Positions 12,600-23,800 of a DNA stretch of 64,000 nucleotides are shown here, one piece after another (the stretch's first letter is position 1; each line of letters begins with the position of its first letter). The stretch comes from Thalia democratica (taxonomy: Eukaryota). The notes under the pieces are model-generated. The model was given only the letters and a program-made list of their open reading frames with translations. It did not search any database and was not told where the DNA came from. The stretch spans positions 22,878,001-22,942,000 of the forward strand of contig OZ241827.1 in assembly GCA_965202585.1 (NCBI GenBank), read 5' to 3'. The position numbers and the translations under genes were made by a program.

Positions 12600-13313
12600 A
12601 TTCTTTTCCTGTGTGTGCACTTTTGTGTGTTTTACAAAAAGGACAGAAAGCCGTTAAGTTGAATAATTTACGCCGGGCTTTGTGTACAGCAAGTCGAACT
12701 GAAAACAAAGAAAAAGAGCCATCGTTAAAATGCGCGCGGGCTGAAACTGCTGCCAAGCAGAAGCCGATGAACGGAAGAGAAAAAAAAGAGCGGCCAACAG
12801 CCGAAGCTGTACAGCAGCTCACTGTGGGAAAAGGGAAACTTTGCCGTTTGCGCTGAAAGGGAGAACGGAAGAGAGTAGAAGGCAGCTGCCGCGTGTGTAG
12901 TGAGCTGCTGCTAACTGACGTGTTCAAGCGAAATACAACTCGAAACGCTAGGCGAGAGAGGCTGAGAGGTTTGTAGCCCAAAGTGGAAGAAAAAGTGCAG
13001 CGCTGAAAGAGAGAAAAAGTACTTGGAAACTTCATATCGAAATCGCGATCAGATAATTCATTTGTTCGAGCGGCAGCTTGCACTAACAAGTGCGCTGTTA
13101 CAAGATTTTTTTTGTACTTTTGCGTTCAGCTGTTTAAGCTGCAGCGCTGAAACAAAAACTTTTGCATTGGAGTTGTTTGGTTTGACCTGTGAAGTAAAAA
13201 GTTATTAAAACGGATGAATTTTTATATAGTAAAAATTATTTTTAATTAAGAAAATAGACGCAAAAATTTTTACTTTAGATACTAGACAAATAAAAAATAA
13301 ACCAAACCCGAAG
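12600..13313 (+). promoter_or_regulatory. Probable proximal promoter and 5' UTR of the IER/SERTA-like gene
   Basis: CpG- and purine-rich block directly upstream of the ATG. AACGGAAGAGA (ETS-like) twice, 12770-12780 and 12864-12874; TGTGGGAA (Su(H)/RBPJ) 12823-12830; TGACGT (CRE half-site) 12916-12921. No clear TATA box; TSS not determinable. Confidence 0.5.
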
Positions 13314-15694
13314 ATGCCAGTGAGCACATTAGCACTAGACAGACTGTACAACCTGACGGTTGAGAAGTACGACAAAGCTTGCACCAGCAGCGGCAACCGG
13401 AGCAAGGGGGGCAAGACAGACCTGCGAAAAGTGGTGTTGCTAAGCTACGCCAGGAGCAAGCTGGAAAACTACACCGAAGAAGACGCCCCCATCTACGACT
13501 TCCTGGAAAAAATGAACGGGGACGACTACGAAAAAGAAGGGACATTCACTGGTGAGTTGCGTATAACACGGTAGTCTTTTTTCTTGAGTACGTAGAAGAA
13601 CAAGGATAAATCTTATCGCTTTTTTAGTTAAAATACGTGTGAGTTTTTCGCGCACACAGAGTTTGTTTTGAAAAGTGTAAAAAACTACAGGAAGCTGCAG
13701 TGAGTCATACAATAACCAGCTCATCGCTCTAGTACGCGCCAAAAGCCGTAATTAAAAATAAAAACACACAACTTTAAGCGGTTACGCAAACTAAACAAAA
13801 ACGAAAAATGTGATTCTCGGGCTTTCAGCCTCGTTATGTCATTATCGTTGCAGCAAAATAACTTTTTACAATCAAACTATCATTAGAACCAGTGCCAATT
13901 GACTCACGGCCAAAAGAGAAGCATTAGAAAATAATCAATTTCGACGGCAAGTTTGAAAGGATAAACAAACTTTTTTTGAGTCGAGCGCTGCACCGTTGCA
14001 AAACAATGCAGTGAGATTTTTGTTAGTCATTCATACGTCATAATGAGCTTTAAAGGGCAGCGGCGCATCTGAGGTGGGGGGAGGGGATTTTAACGTCGTC
14101 GTTTTGTGTTGCGGTTTTTTTGAAAGCTGACTGAGGATAAAAAGGAAGCAAAAGGCGCTGATGCCAGCGATTTTAGTGGTGAGAAGAGCTTTTTCTTTTT
14201 TATTTCAGCTTTAAACTTTAGCACGGTCGACGGGCTTTTCCGCGACGCTTGATTTGCAGCCCCCTCGGGACGATCATGCGTGCAGATCGGCTCCAATTTC
14301 AGTTTCGTTTCGAAACAGCACGTGTGGGAGTATCGAAATTTTTGCCATTCTTTCCGTGTCAATCACGCCCCAAAGCCAAGTTTTTTTTTTTTGAAATTCG
14401 CGCTGAATTTTAGTTGAAACGGCTCAAGTTTAATTTCACAGCTTTGAGCTTTGAATAGTGTGTATTGAATGACTCACACGGTGGCCCGCTTCCGCTACTT
14501 CGAAAACTCGTGATGCAGGAACAATGCGAGCAACCGAGTAGGCGGCGGTTTACATTCATCACTTCTTTGTAACCAAACAATGGCAACGAAAAAATAAAAA
14601 TAAACCTTTTCTCACAGAACTCCAGCCGGCCACCAACCAAACACAAAAGTACGTGAACATGCACCTGTCAAACGGGGCTTCCCCCAACTCGAAGGACAAC
14701 ACGGTGCCGCAGCAGGAAGGATCGTCGCCGTCTGCCACCGTCTTGCAGTCGGTGGTGTCGAACAGCGACCAGCACACGAGCACCTACTGCCAGTACACCA
14801 GCCCCGTGTGCTGCTCCGTCAACACCCACCAGATCATGAGCAGCGAACCCTACCCCCACCTCGGTTGGTTTTGTTTGTACGAACGTTTTTTAAGTATCGA
14901 AGTTTTAGTTAGTTACGCAATCAGTTTATTGCAGCTTAAATGTGTTTTAGCAGATTAAGGAATTGAATGTTAAAACTTAAAGAAATGTTAAGAAAAAATA
15001 ATACAAATAGATAGAATTTGTGATCTTCATACAAAGCAATTTATTTTTAATTTGAGCGCGCATCTTAGAACTAAGTCCAGTTTGGTTTTACTTGTAACAA
15101 CTTGTGCTTACTTGTTTTAAATTTTATAATCAATTTTCAGGCCAAGCAAGCGGTGAAATGCAGCTTGTGGAGGAGTCGGAGGCGCCGCAGTACGTCGAGT
15201 GCGAGGAGGTGGTGGTCAGCGACGAGAACTGTGACGTCACAAAGGAAGAGGAAGAGGAAGAGTACATCGACGTCATCTCGCTCGAGCCCGCCGACCCAAA
15301 GCCAAAAAAGAGGCCGCTTTCGCCCCAGGTTGCTAACGACCCAACGCCGTGTAAAAAGCCCAAGACGACCCAAGAATGCAAGAAGTTCACGGTGCTGAGC
15401 ATCATCGGCAAAAACGACGCCGCGGAGGACCCGCCCCACAAGTCGCTGGAGGAAATCAGCGAGATCGAGAAGCGGCTGGGATTCCCCGACTTCCCGACCT
15501 TCGCCCAACCCCCCGTCACCACGGCGACCAGCTACGGCGGATCGGTGACGCACAACTGCGCCTCCCTGACGACGAGCAGCCCCAGGTCGACGCAGGTCAC
15601 CCAGGTGACGGGGTCCTACTCGTACGCGCACCAGAACACGATACCGTGGCAGTACCTTCTGCAGAGCAAGGAGAAGAGCGTTGCGTTGGACTGA
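13314..15694 (+). CDS. 345-aa predicted nuclear protein with an IER/SERTA-like N-terminal helical region (immediate-early-response-like); 3 coding exons
   Basis: Exons 13314-13551, 14618-14863, 15141-15694 (238+246+554=1038 nt). GT-AG introns, both phase 1, continuous frame, high GC3. N-terminus RLYNLTVEK...GGKTDLRKVVLLS resembles IER2/5 (RIMTLSVWK...GGLRLHRSLQLS) and SERTAD1 (LFDLSVLK...DLRHLVLV). Gene structure is well supported; the family call is tentative. Confidence 0.75.
13700..14480. promoter_or_regulatory. Intronic enhancer candidate with clustered AP-1 sites (intron 1 of the IER/SERTA-like gene)
   Basis: TGAGTCA 13701-13707, TGACTCA 13900-13906 and 14470-14476, plus TTAGTCA 14023-14029 and ACGTCAT 14035-14041, inside a CpG-rich intron. 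Confidence 0.45.
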
Positions 15695-16136
15695 AGGAAA
15701 AAAAAATCCCCGAATTTTTTTAGGCAATTTTTAACTTTTTTTTGGGTCGCGTCAGATGTCGTAACTTTGGTAGATGTCGTGACTTTTTCTTTTTCTTTAT
15801 TTTTTATTTTTTTAAAAGTACACAAAACAAATCATGTTCGTGTTGTAAACTCTGTTCGTTTTTTAAGCTTATTTCTTACATCGAACACGTCTGTGACGAT
15901 CTTATCTAAAAAGGATATATTGTACTTTAAAAACGATTTTATATCAAAATGAAAAAAAAAAAATCAGTAATATTTTGAGACAAAAACGATAAATGTTAAA
16001 ACAGTTTATACTTTGACTTTGAAATTTTTTGCTTTATCAAAATGTATTCAGCCAATGAATACATAGTCCGATAACATTCCTTTACATTAAGTGCAATTTG
16101 ATTGTTTTGTATCGTATGAAAAAAAACGAAAATGTG

Positions 16137-16180
16137 AATAAAAATGCATAAAAATTACGTTTGGTTGTCTTGTATATTTT
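16137..16180 (+). terminator. Probable polyadenylation signal of the IER/SERTA-like gene
   Basis: AATAAA 16137-16142, followed about 20 nt later by a GU/U-rich downstream element (gtttggttgtcttgtatattttg). Confidence 0.5.
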
Positions 16181-16812
16181 GTAAAATCTTGGCATATGGC
16201 TAGTTTTATAATTAAGTAACAAAATAGTACTTTTAATAAGGATTGAAAACAAAAAAATATTATCAAATAAAGTACTGTTAGATTAATCTAGTTGAAGCTT
16301 AAGTTTTTCATTAAAGAAAAGTATAAACACAAAAGGATTTTAATCAATGTCTTGTTTGAAATAATTTTATATAATTTCAAAGAAATATATCTTGATAAAC
16401 GTAAATTACTACAAGCTTCTACCGCGTGTTCAGTTAATTAATCTAATTTAATACGCATTGTGATAAGGCTTTGTGCCTATTACCTATATAAGAGAACATA
16501 CTACTTCTTATCAAATGTCGCGGTTTAAAGGATAATACGACCAAAAACAAACATTGTTTGAGAAATAGTACGATCCGGCCGTGCGATGGTACCGATTAAT
16601 AACGCGAGCTAATAAAAATATCGCAAAAAACGCTGACTGAACCTGAAAAACTGCTGCATTGCAGTACACGTGCTAATGATCGAGAGCTTAAATGAAAAAC
16701 AGAAGCTCGAACATTATTCAAAAGTTTCTTTGTTTTTAATCAACAAAAAAGACTTTTCCTTCCACAGTCTGTTGCGCTGGTAATTTAGGAATTTTCGCGG
16801 TTCTCTAACACG

Positions 16813-16826
16813 GAGAGAGAGAGAGA
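16813..16826 (+). repeat. (GA)7 microsatellite
   Basis: Directly visible dinucleotide run. Confidence 0.8.
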
Positions 16827-19377
16827 AAATGAAATTTAATAAACTTATTTTCTGTTTCACGTGCTGGCCGTGACGCTCCCTGCACAAATTGGCCGCTGTG
16901 ACGACACAAAGAAAAAGCGAAGAAACCCAACGCGAGCGCTCGGGACGAAGAGAGTTTCTTGTGTCTGGAAACAAAAAGTTTCGCGTCACCCGCGGAGAAT
17001 TCAAATCTTTTCAGCTTGTAGCGAGCATCTGGCAGAGTTTTCATGTCTGGAGCTTCTTGTAAGTCGTGGGGTGGCGGATAACGTTTACACGGCGCACCAA
17101 CGCAGGGACAACCGCTTCGGTGGAAACTTTTTGAAACTTCTGTAAACGTGATCCCGTGATCAGCGGTCGTTTTTTAAATAAGCAAGTAATGTTCTGTTGA
17201 GGTCTTTAAGACATTGCAATATAAAGTAAAGCCTATTGGAATTTGTTGATGTTTGCACGATTTTTGATATAAGTGCCACAAAAAAACGTGACGCCAAAAA
17301 GCTCAAATGACCAAAAAAAACTTTATTTGGGTTGTTATTTTTTTGAAGATATTACAAAGTTGACCTTGTAAACTCTACCGCAGATTAAGCTGTTATTTAA
17401 AAAATATTTTTATTTTTTATCATATTTTGATAAAATTATCATTATAAAAGTTTTTAAGACCTTTATAAACTAATCTTTTAATCAAATATGTAATGAAAAA
17501 ACAACAAACAGAAGTTTTGTTTTTTGTCAAAAAACTTATAGTTGCATTATTTATTAGTCAAAAATACTTAAATAACAATGTTCTATTTTTGAAACTGATT
17601 AAAAGCTTAAACTTTAAAACATAAATTAGTGCTTTAAAATTGACAAGTTAGTTAAAGGTAGAAAAGGTTATAGTGTAAACTGCTTAGATAAACTAAAGTT
17701 ACAAACTGATTAAGTAAATCGTTTAAACAAGAATATAATATCTTTGATATTCATAACAAAATACAGCTGTGTTGTTCGATTACTGAAAGTTAAGTTAAAA
17801 GTAGTTTAAGAGATACTTTTTGATTTGTAAGTATATTTACTCAAAGTACAAAAACTTGCAAGCAAGTATGGGTAGTAACACAAATTGTTTAGAACATTAA
17901 AGATTTTAAAATTGTATGAAAGAAAATATTTGATATTTTTCGAATGAAAATCTTTTGTGTATAAGTTTTAATTGTTTACCTGTTCTTTTCAAATTTTGAT
18001 TTCTAAAGTTTACATTTAGATAGATGTTACTTTTAAGCTTTAAAGGCTTAAAATAATTTTTCCCTAATGTTCTTAATATTTCAAAAGTTTAAAACCTTAG
18101 TTAAAACATACGTCACAACTTGCTTTAGTTTAACCTTTTTTTAGTTTTCCATTAGTTTCAAGCTTGAAAACAAAAATTTTCAAGAAAGTTTAATGAATAC
18201 ATTTTGAATCTAAAGTTCAACAAAATCTGCAACCAAGATACGTTTTTTAAGGTAGCCCAGTTTACTTTTCATTCATACAAGTTAGTTTAAAATTTGAACA
18301 GGATTAAAGTTTCAAAAGTTTGATAAAATAAACTACTTATTGTAACACGTTAGCATAATTTAAGATAATGTGAAATAATTGCTTGTTTGAATTAATCTTT
18401 TATGCTTTAAATAACAGTGTTTTTTCAAACAACAGTAACAAAGTGAGCTTTTACTTAAACAAAGCTCAAGTCAAAATTTAGCTCTGACCGCATAGCATTA
18501 AAACTACAACGGACAGTCTTACGGTTCATACGACGGGCAATAAAACTTTTACGCCTCCTAGCAAGCTTGCTGTGAAAACAATCTTGTTTGTTGCAAAACT
18601 GAAATACCGTACAAAAAAAAAACTTCAAAATTACATAAAAAGGGAGCGAGCGCTATCACACACAGCACAAGAATTCGTGAACTTTCACAGCAAGCGTAAA
18701 AGCGCTTACAGAGCGACCAACGCAGCGTTTTTTATCAGAAAGCATTCATTCACGGCAAACTTTCATTCACCCTCCACTCCCCTTTGCTTCTTTTCACTTG
18801 GCAGTGCTTTTAACGAGCTGCTGCGTGTTTGGGTACAAAACAAACTTTGCACGATAAAGTATGAGTAACGCTCCGTCGCGATTGACAGCCTAACCTCAAA
18901 CTCCTCGGCTGGTTTTCTATTAAGAAAAAACCCGCTAGCGGAACAAAGGCAACAATACTTTGGTTTTACGGCTGTGTTTAGCCTGAGACCGCACCGCGAA
19001 AGGTCGAAAAGCTAATCGGATTAGGCGTAAGATTGAACTGCAGTTTTAATTACTTGTAGTTTTTAGTAGCGCTTAGAACAAAATACATTTTCAACTTTTA
19101 AGAACAGCAAAAGTGCTCGCTTGACTTTTAGCCAATTTTTAAAGCTACTGAAAACATTTAAACTTTTAAGGCAATCTCTGTTTATCAAACAACTTCTTTA
19201 CAGCCGACGAATCTTGTAGAGCATTTCAACGCTGGCTGTGAACAAAACAATCGCGTTTCTGAGTAAACGCAGTCGCGGAGTTTAAGATCTTCAAATAAAC
19301 TTTTCATTCGTGATGTGACGCAGCCACGGCACCAAACGACTCTTATCGATGAAACATGCCGAGCCCAGATTCGATAA

Positions 19378-19422
19378 CGGCCATAATCGGCCACGCCCGG
19401 CCAGTTTGACTGAAGGCGGCCA
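19378..19422. repeat. Helically phased CGGCCA array
   Basis: CGGCCA at 19378, 19388, 19398 (exact 10-bp period) and 19417. Confidence 0.8.
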
Positions 19423-20147
19423 ATTAGAGCTTTTGTTTTCAGAACGAACTTATCTTGACGGTAAACACTCGCGTCGTGACTCTGCTTACTACAAGAGTGC
19501 GATTTACTGAGAACTTAGTGGCGCGGCTGTTTGAAAACAAACGGATTTCTTACATAAGCCTGATTGTGTTATCTGCACATTTTTCAGCTTCGGCTTGTTT
19601 TATTCTCAACTTTTTCGGTTTGTTTTTTTTTACACGGCTGGATAAATGCTTACGGTTTTTGTTAATAGAAACCGAAATCTTTTTTTTTTGTAACCACACA
19701 TCAATTTTACTCTTTTAGAAATTTCTATAAATAGCGTTTTGCGAGGAAGTCTTTTCAAAGTCACAAACCATGAATAGCAATTTTGTATTCAAACGTGAAA
19801 ATAGCTGTAGTAAAATGAAAACGTTTACAGCTTAAATAGCACGAACACAATTCGAGGAAGCATTATGCAACCTAGTTTCCTTTGAGGTCATACTACAGTG
19901 TCATAAGTTCTAAACGCTTTGTAGTTTTGTGCTAAAAATTGCAACTTTAAAGGAAGTTTCAAAGTACACAGTGTGCAATTTTTAGCTTTTGTGCCTCGCT
20001 CAAAGCACGTTTGTGAATTGCATATAAGGTTGCTTTTGACACGTAGATTTTTGCACGAAAAGCTAAATAGTTTATTGAACTGTTTTTAGTAAACTATTTA
20101 CGCTTAAACCTGTATAGCATTTGGCATTTAGTTTGTGGAAAAGAAAG

Positions 20148-20153
20148 TTTATT
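20148..20153 (-). terminator. Candidate polyadenylation signal of SLC44
   Basis: First canonical AATAAA I found on the minus strand downstream of the stop (plus-strand TTTATT). Variant ATTAAA hexamers at 20577-20594 are closer and could be used instead. Confidence 0.3.
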
Positions 20154-20868
20154 CCAAAAACACGTTTGCTGTAAAAACCGAGTCACGATAAAAACACAAC
20201 AGAAAACACTTTTAACGTTTAAATATCTAGCATGATCATTGGAATGTAGATAAACAAGTGTCAGTGAAATGCTATGTTAGAAAAAAAAGTAAGTAATTAA
20301 AAAAGCTGTATTAATAAAACTTTTGGTTGCTAGCGTTAAAAGTGATGTTTTTTTTTCGTGAGAATGTTAGTACATGAGGTTGTTAACAGCATATCTACTA
20401 TCTCATTATGAAGTAAATTTTCGCATATGAAAAAAAAAGAGCACTTTTGAACATGATAAGGCAGATAAAAAGTATTAGAAAGATACACCGCGATTACAAA
20501 ATAATAGAGATAAACACTATTACTTTTAAACGAAGGCACATTATTAAAACTGAGTTTAGCTATTACTGATTAAACTTTTAATTTATCTTTTAATTTTCAT
20601 TATTACTTAGTACTTTAAGAAAAAATATAAAACGCTTAAAAATACAAAGAAAAAAACAAAAGCTGCAATTGTTGATCACACTTATAGCTCTTGCAGACAC
20701 GTTCTAACGTGCAAAAAGTCATTAAATTGCTTTTATCATCATTTGTGAAAGTTGTGAAGAATCTATAAATTTGAAGAAATAAATACACAGAGACGAAAAA
20801 GTTTGGTTTTTCTCAACGCGAATCTGTTGAGAGTACCAGCCAACGACGTTCGTGACGTAGCAATATTC

Positions 20869-23800
20869 TCACGATGACTCCTCCTTGTTCTTTTTGTTCT
20901 TTTTCCCCAGCAGCTTCAGCAGGCCCTTGGGCATGTAGTAAGGCTTCTCTTCCGAGCCGTCGTTCCTCTCCAAGTCCTCAACTGTGAAAATAATTTTGTG
21001 ACAGGTTTAAGTAATGAAACAGGCTTAATTGCTGTTTTTAAGTTACGTTTTACTTTTTTTTTACTTTGATGGCTTCTCACTCGATACAAAATGCGTAAAA
21101 ACAACGTTATATATTTTATTTTTTGAATTGTAAGACCAATTGTATTATATCTTTCAATGGTAATTAAAAAAAGTTTATTTATAGTTTTACTATATTGTTT
21201 TGACAACCAAAGCTGCAAATTTGCAAATTTGGACTTTTTGCAAGCTTCAGTTTTACAATTAAAAGTGTTGAATAAGCTATTTTTTAAACTAAATGCATCC
21301 TATGCATATTAAACAAAAGCTATCTAACTTTACTTAAAAAAAGGAATCAATTTTGCAATTTAGCGCCGTTAGCTATGACAAATTTGAATAAGTTAATTAC
21401 ACATTTTTATGACGTCACAGTAAAAAGTGTTTGAACGTTGCACAACGTTGTGGCACTCGAGTCCTGAAGTGGGTTGTTTCAGTCGAAAGCCCTTCACAGA
21501 GGCTCTTGTTCGAGTGTATAGTTGGTTGTGAATTGCGAAACGTGAAGTGGCCCACCGAACCGCAAGTCTTTATTACGTCATAATGCCGAACGCCGAGCGT
21601 GGGACATCCAACATCTGGTTTTCGGTTCACTGGACGGTTGGGGTCAAGTGAGGGCAAAAAGGTAGGCAACTGACCCTTGATATTTTGGTTTTTATTGAAA
21701 TTCTTTTCAACTTATTTTCAATAAAATACAAAACACTTTGTCTGTGTAATTTTGTGGTAAATTAAATTATTTGAAGTACAATGGCTATGATAATTAAGCT
21801 TTCAGTATTAAGTTGTAGCTTACAATATATGTATATACATAAAAAACCTAAACTTTGTATTACTGCTGCAAGTCGCAAAAGAATCCTAGTATTGATATTC
21901 AAGAATGTCGAGTTATGTGAGAAGTTATTGTACAAAAGGTTATAGGTTGGTGTTATAGGTCAAAGGAGAAAATAAACAAAAGTAGACTCTCATGGCGTGT
22001 TATAAACAGCTTGTTAAATCAAACAGTGAAAAAAAAACAACGGTATGTGACGTTTTCTTCTCAAGCTGAATATAAAAAAAACTTTTGTTATTTTAGTTTG
22101 AATCAAAGTATACAACAGAGCAGTATGCTAAAATAGTTTGTTATAATTGAATTAACAACTCTTGTTCCCAGCTCGATTTAGTTAAAAAAACAAAAAAAAA
22201 AACTTAAAGCACAATTTGTTTCAAAACTATGCATTAAACTGTGTTATAACATTGTTTTTTAGTTTGTTTTATACAGTTGCAACACAATTACTCAATATTT
22301 TAAAATAGAATTACCATGAGATTAAAAAATAACGTTAACATACGAGCTTTTAAAGTAAATTTAAATTAAACAAGTAGTTTTCAATAAAATCGTTTAAAAC
22401 AAATTCAATCAAATTGTAAACAGTTCATTTCTTAAATGTAAATTTGTTAGATACAGCTTAAATTTACGACTAAAAATAAAAACATGCCTAATTTAGTAAA
22501 AAGACGAAAGTGTATAAAACTATTTCTAAAACTGCATGTCAAGTCATTTCTTCTAATTTGCTGGCTTTTTTACTGCTGGAAATACCGAATATTTAATTTT
22601 AAAAGCACGCAATTATTAGAGCCAAAGATAAATATTATTACATTTTTCGCTGCATTAAGCAATTTTTAGCCTAACGGGCTTTTTAGTCTTTTTTATCCAA
22701 GCTGGCTTAAAGGAAGAAAAATCATCAATTTTTGCATTTCACGGTTTAATTCAGCTGAATTTTGCAACTAATTTGAACTTTCGCGGTTAGAACAGAGAAA
22801 ATCGCGTGAAAAACAACTTATTTGAGCTCTTTGTTACCGAAGGCTTGTTATTCGAAAACTGTATAGCATTAAACAAACATTTGTGTTGTGATGACAAAAA
22901 AGAATTTTTATTGACAAAAAAGGTTTTGGCATTATTTTTGTAACAATAAAACTCACGGAAACAAAGGAATATTGTGTCGGCGGCCATTCCGAACGTATTG
23001 AAAAACCCAGAAGCAATGAGATACGTGCTCAGTGTTATGACCTGAAAATATAAAAACATTAAAGTTATAAAATTTTACTGAGAAAAGTATTAATAATTAA
23101 GGATAAATAAAACTTAAATAAGCTTTTATTGATTGATTGAATTGCAATCACTTTTATGTTAATAAATTTATTTTAAGAAGTAATCGTTATGCAAAAACTG
23201 TAATTCTAATAAGCAATATTAATTACTCGTAAAAAATAAGACATAGTTTTACCGTAGTTGGGAGGATTAAACACGGCAATTTAGCAAGTATAACTACCAC
23301 GATAAATGCTGACTTATACGCGCGTAAGTACGCTCTTAGAACAAGCTTGGCAAACAAGTTGTTTTAAAAACACAGCATGCAGAAACAACAAGTTTTCAGC
23401 AGCAGCACAAACAGTTTGCTTTGGAACTTTCTTCGTCACGGTCGGAACTAACTCATCAAACTTTTCCTCTCAGACGCACATTGCTTTTCAGGACGCTCTG
23501 ATGTTTCGCGTCTGTGTTTTCGAACAGCAAACCCTGGCGACCTTGGAAAAGTCGCTCGTTGACGCAATGTTGTTTTTCGAACAACACGTCGGTCGCAACG
23601 TGTCAATCATACGAACTTGTTTCTACAACGCTTTGAATTCTTGTAAAAACAAGCGGTGCTGTAAGTTGCGATAAAAAGCATGACAAACTTGCTGTCGCTA
23701 CATAAACGTGTACTGCAAAATTGGCGCTGATTGCTTCAAACAAGAGTGCTTGAAAGTTCAACTAAGTGCTGAACGTGTGTATTGGAAGCTCTGGTAGTTC

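Noticed and set aside
12479-13089. ORFs of 125 aa (+) and 165 aa (-) upstream of the IER-like gene
   Set aside because: Low-complexity products of purine-rich promoter sequence; no homology or codon bias evident.
14055-14088. G-rich run (GGG...GGTGGGGGGAGGGG) as a possible G-quadruplex
   Set aside because: Lacks four separate G3 tracts with short loops; at most a KLF/SP-type site.
15130-15727. Antisense and alternate-frame ORFs (196, 130, 115 aa) over exon 3
   Set aside because: Typical shadow ORFs of a high-GC3 coding exon.
20240-20261. TGGAATGTAG... resembling mature miR-1
   Set aside because: Only the first 9 nt match and there is no hairpin partner; interpreted instead as a target site on the opposite strand.
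1600-20800. Search for SRF CArG boxes expected at an immediate-early locus
   Set aside because: No perfect CC(A/T)6GG noticed, only near matches (TGCTTATATAAGCA palindrome 11585-11598, GCATATAAGG near 20020), so SRF input is not claimed.
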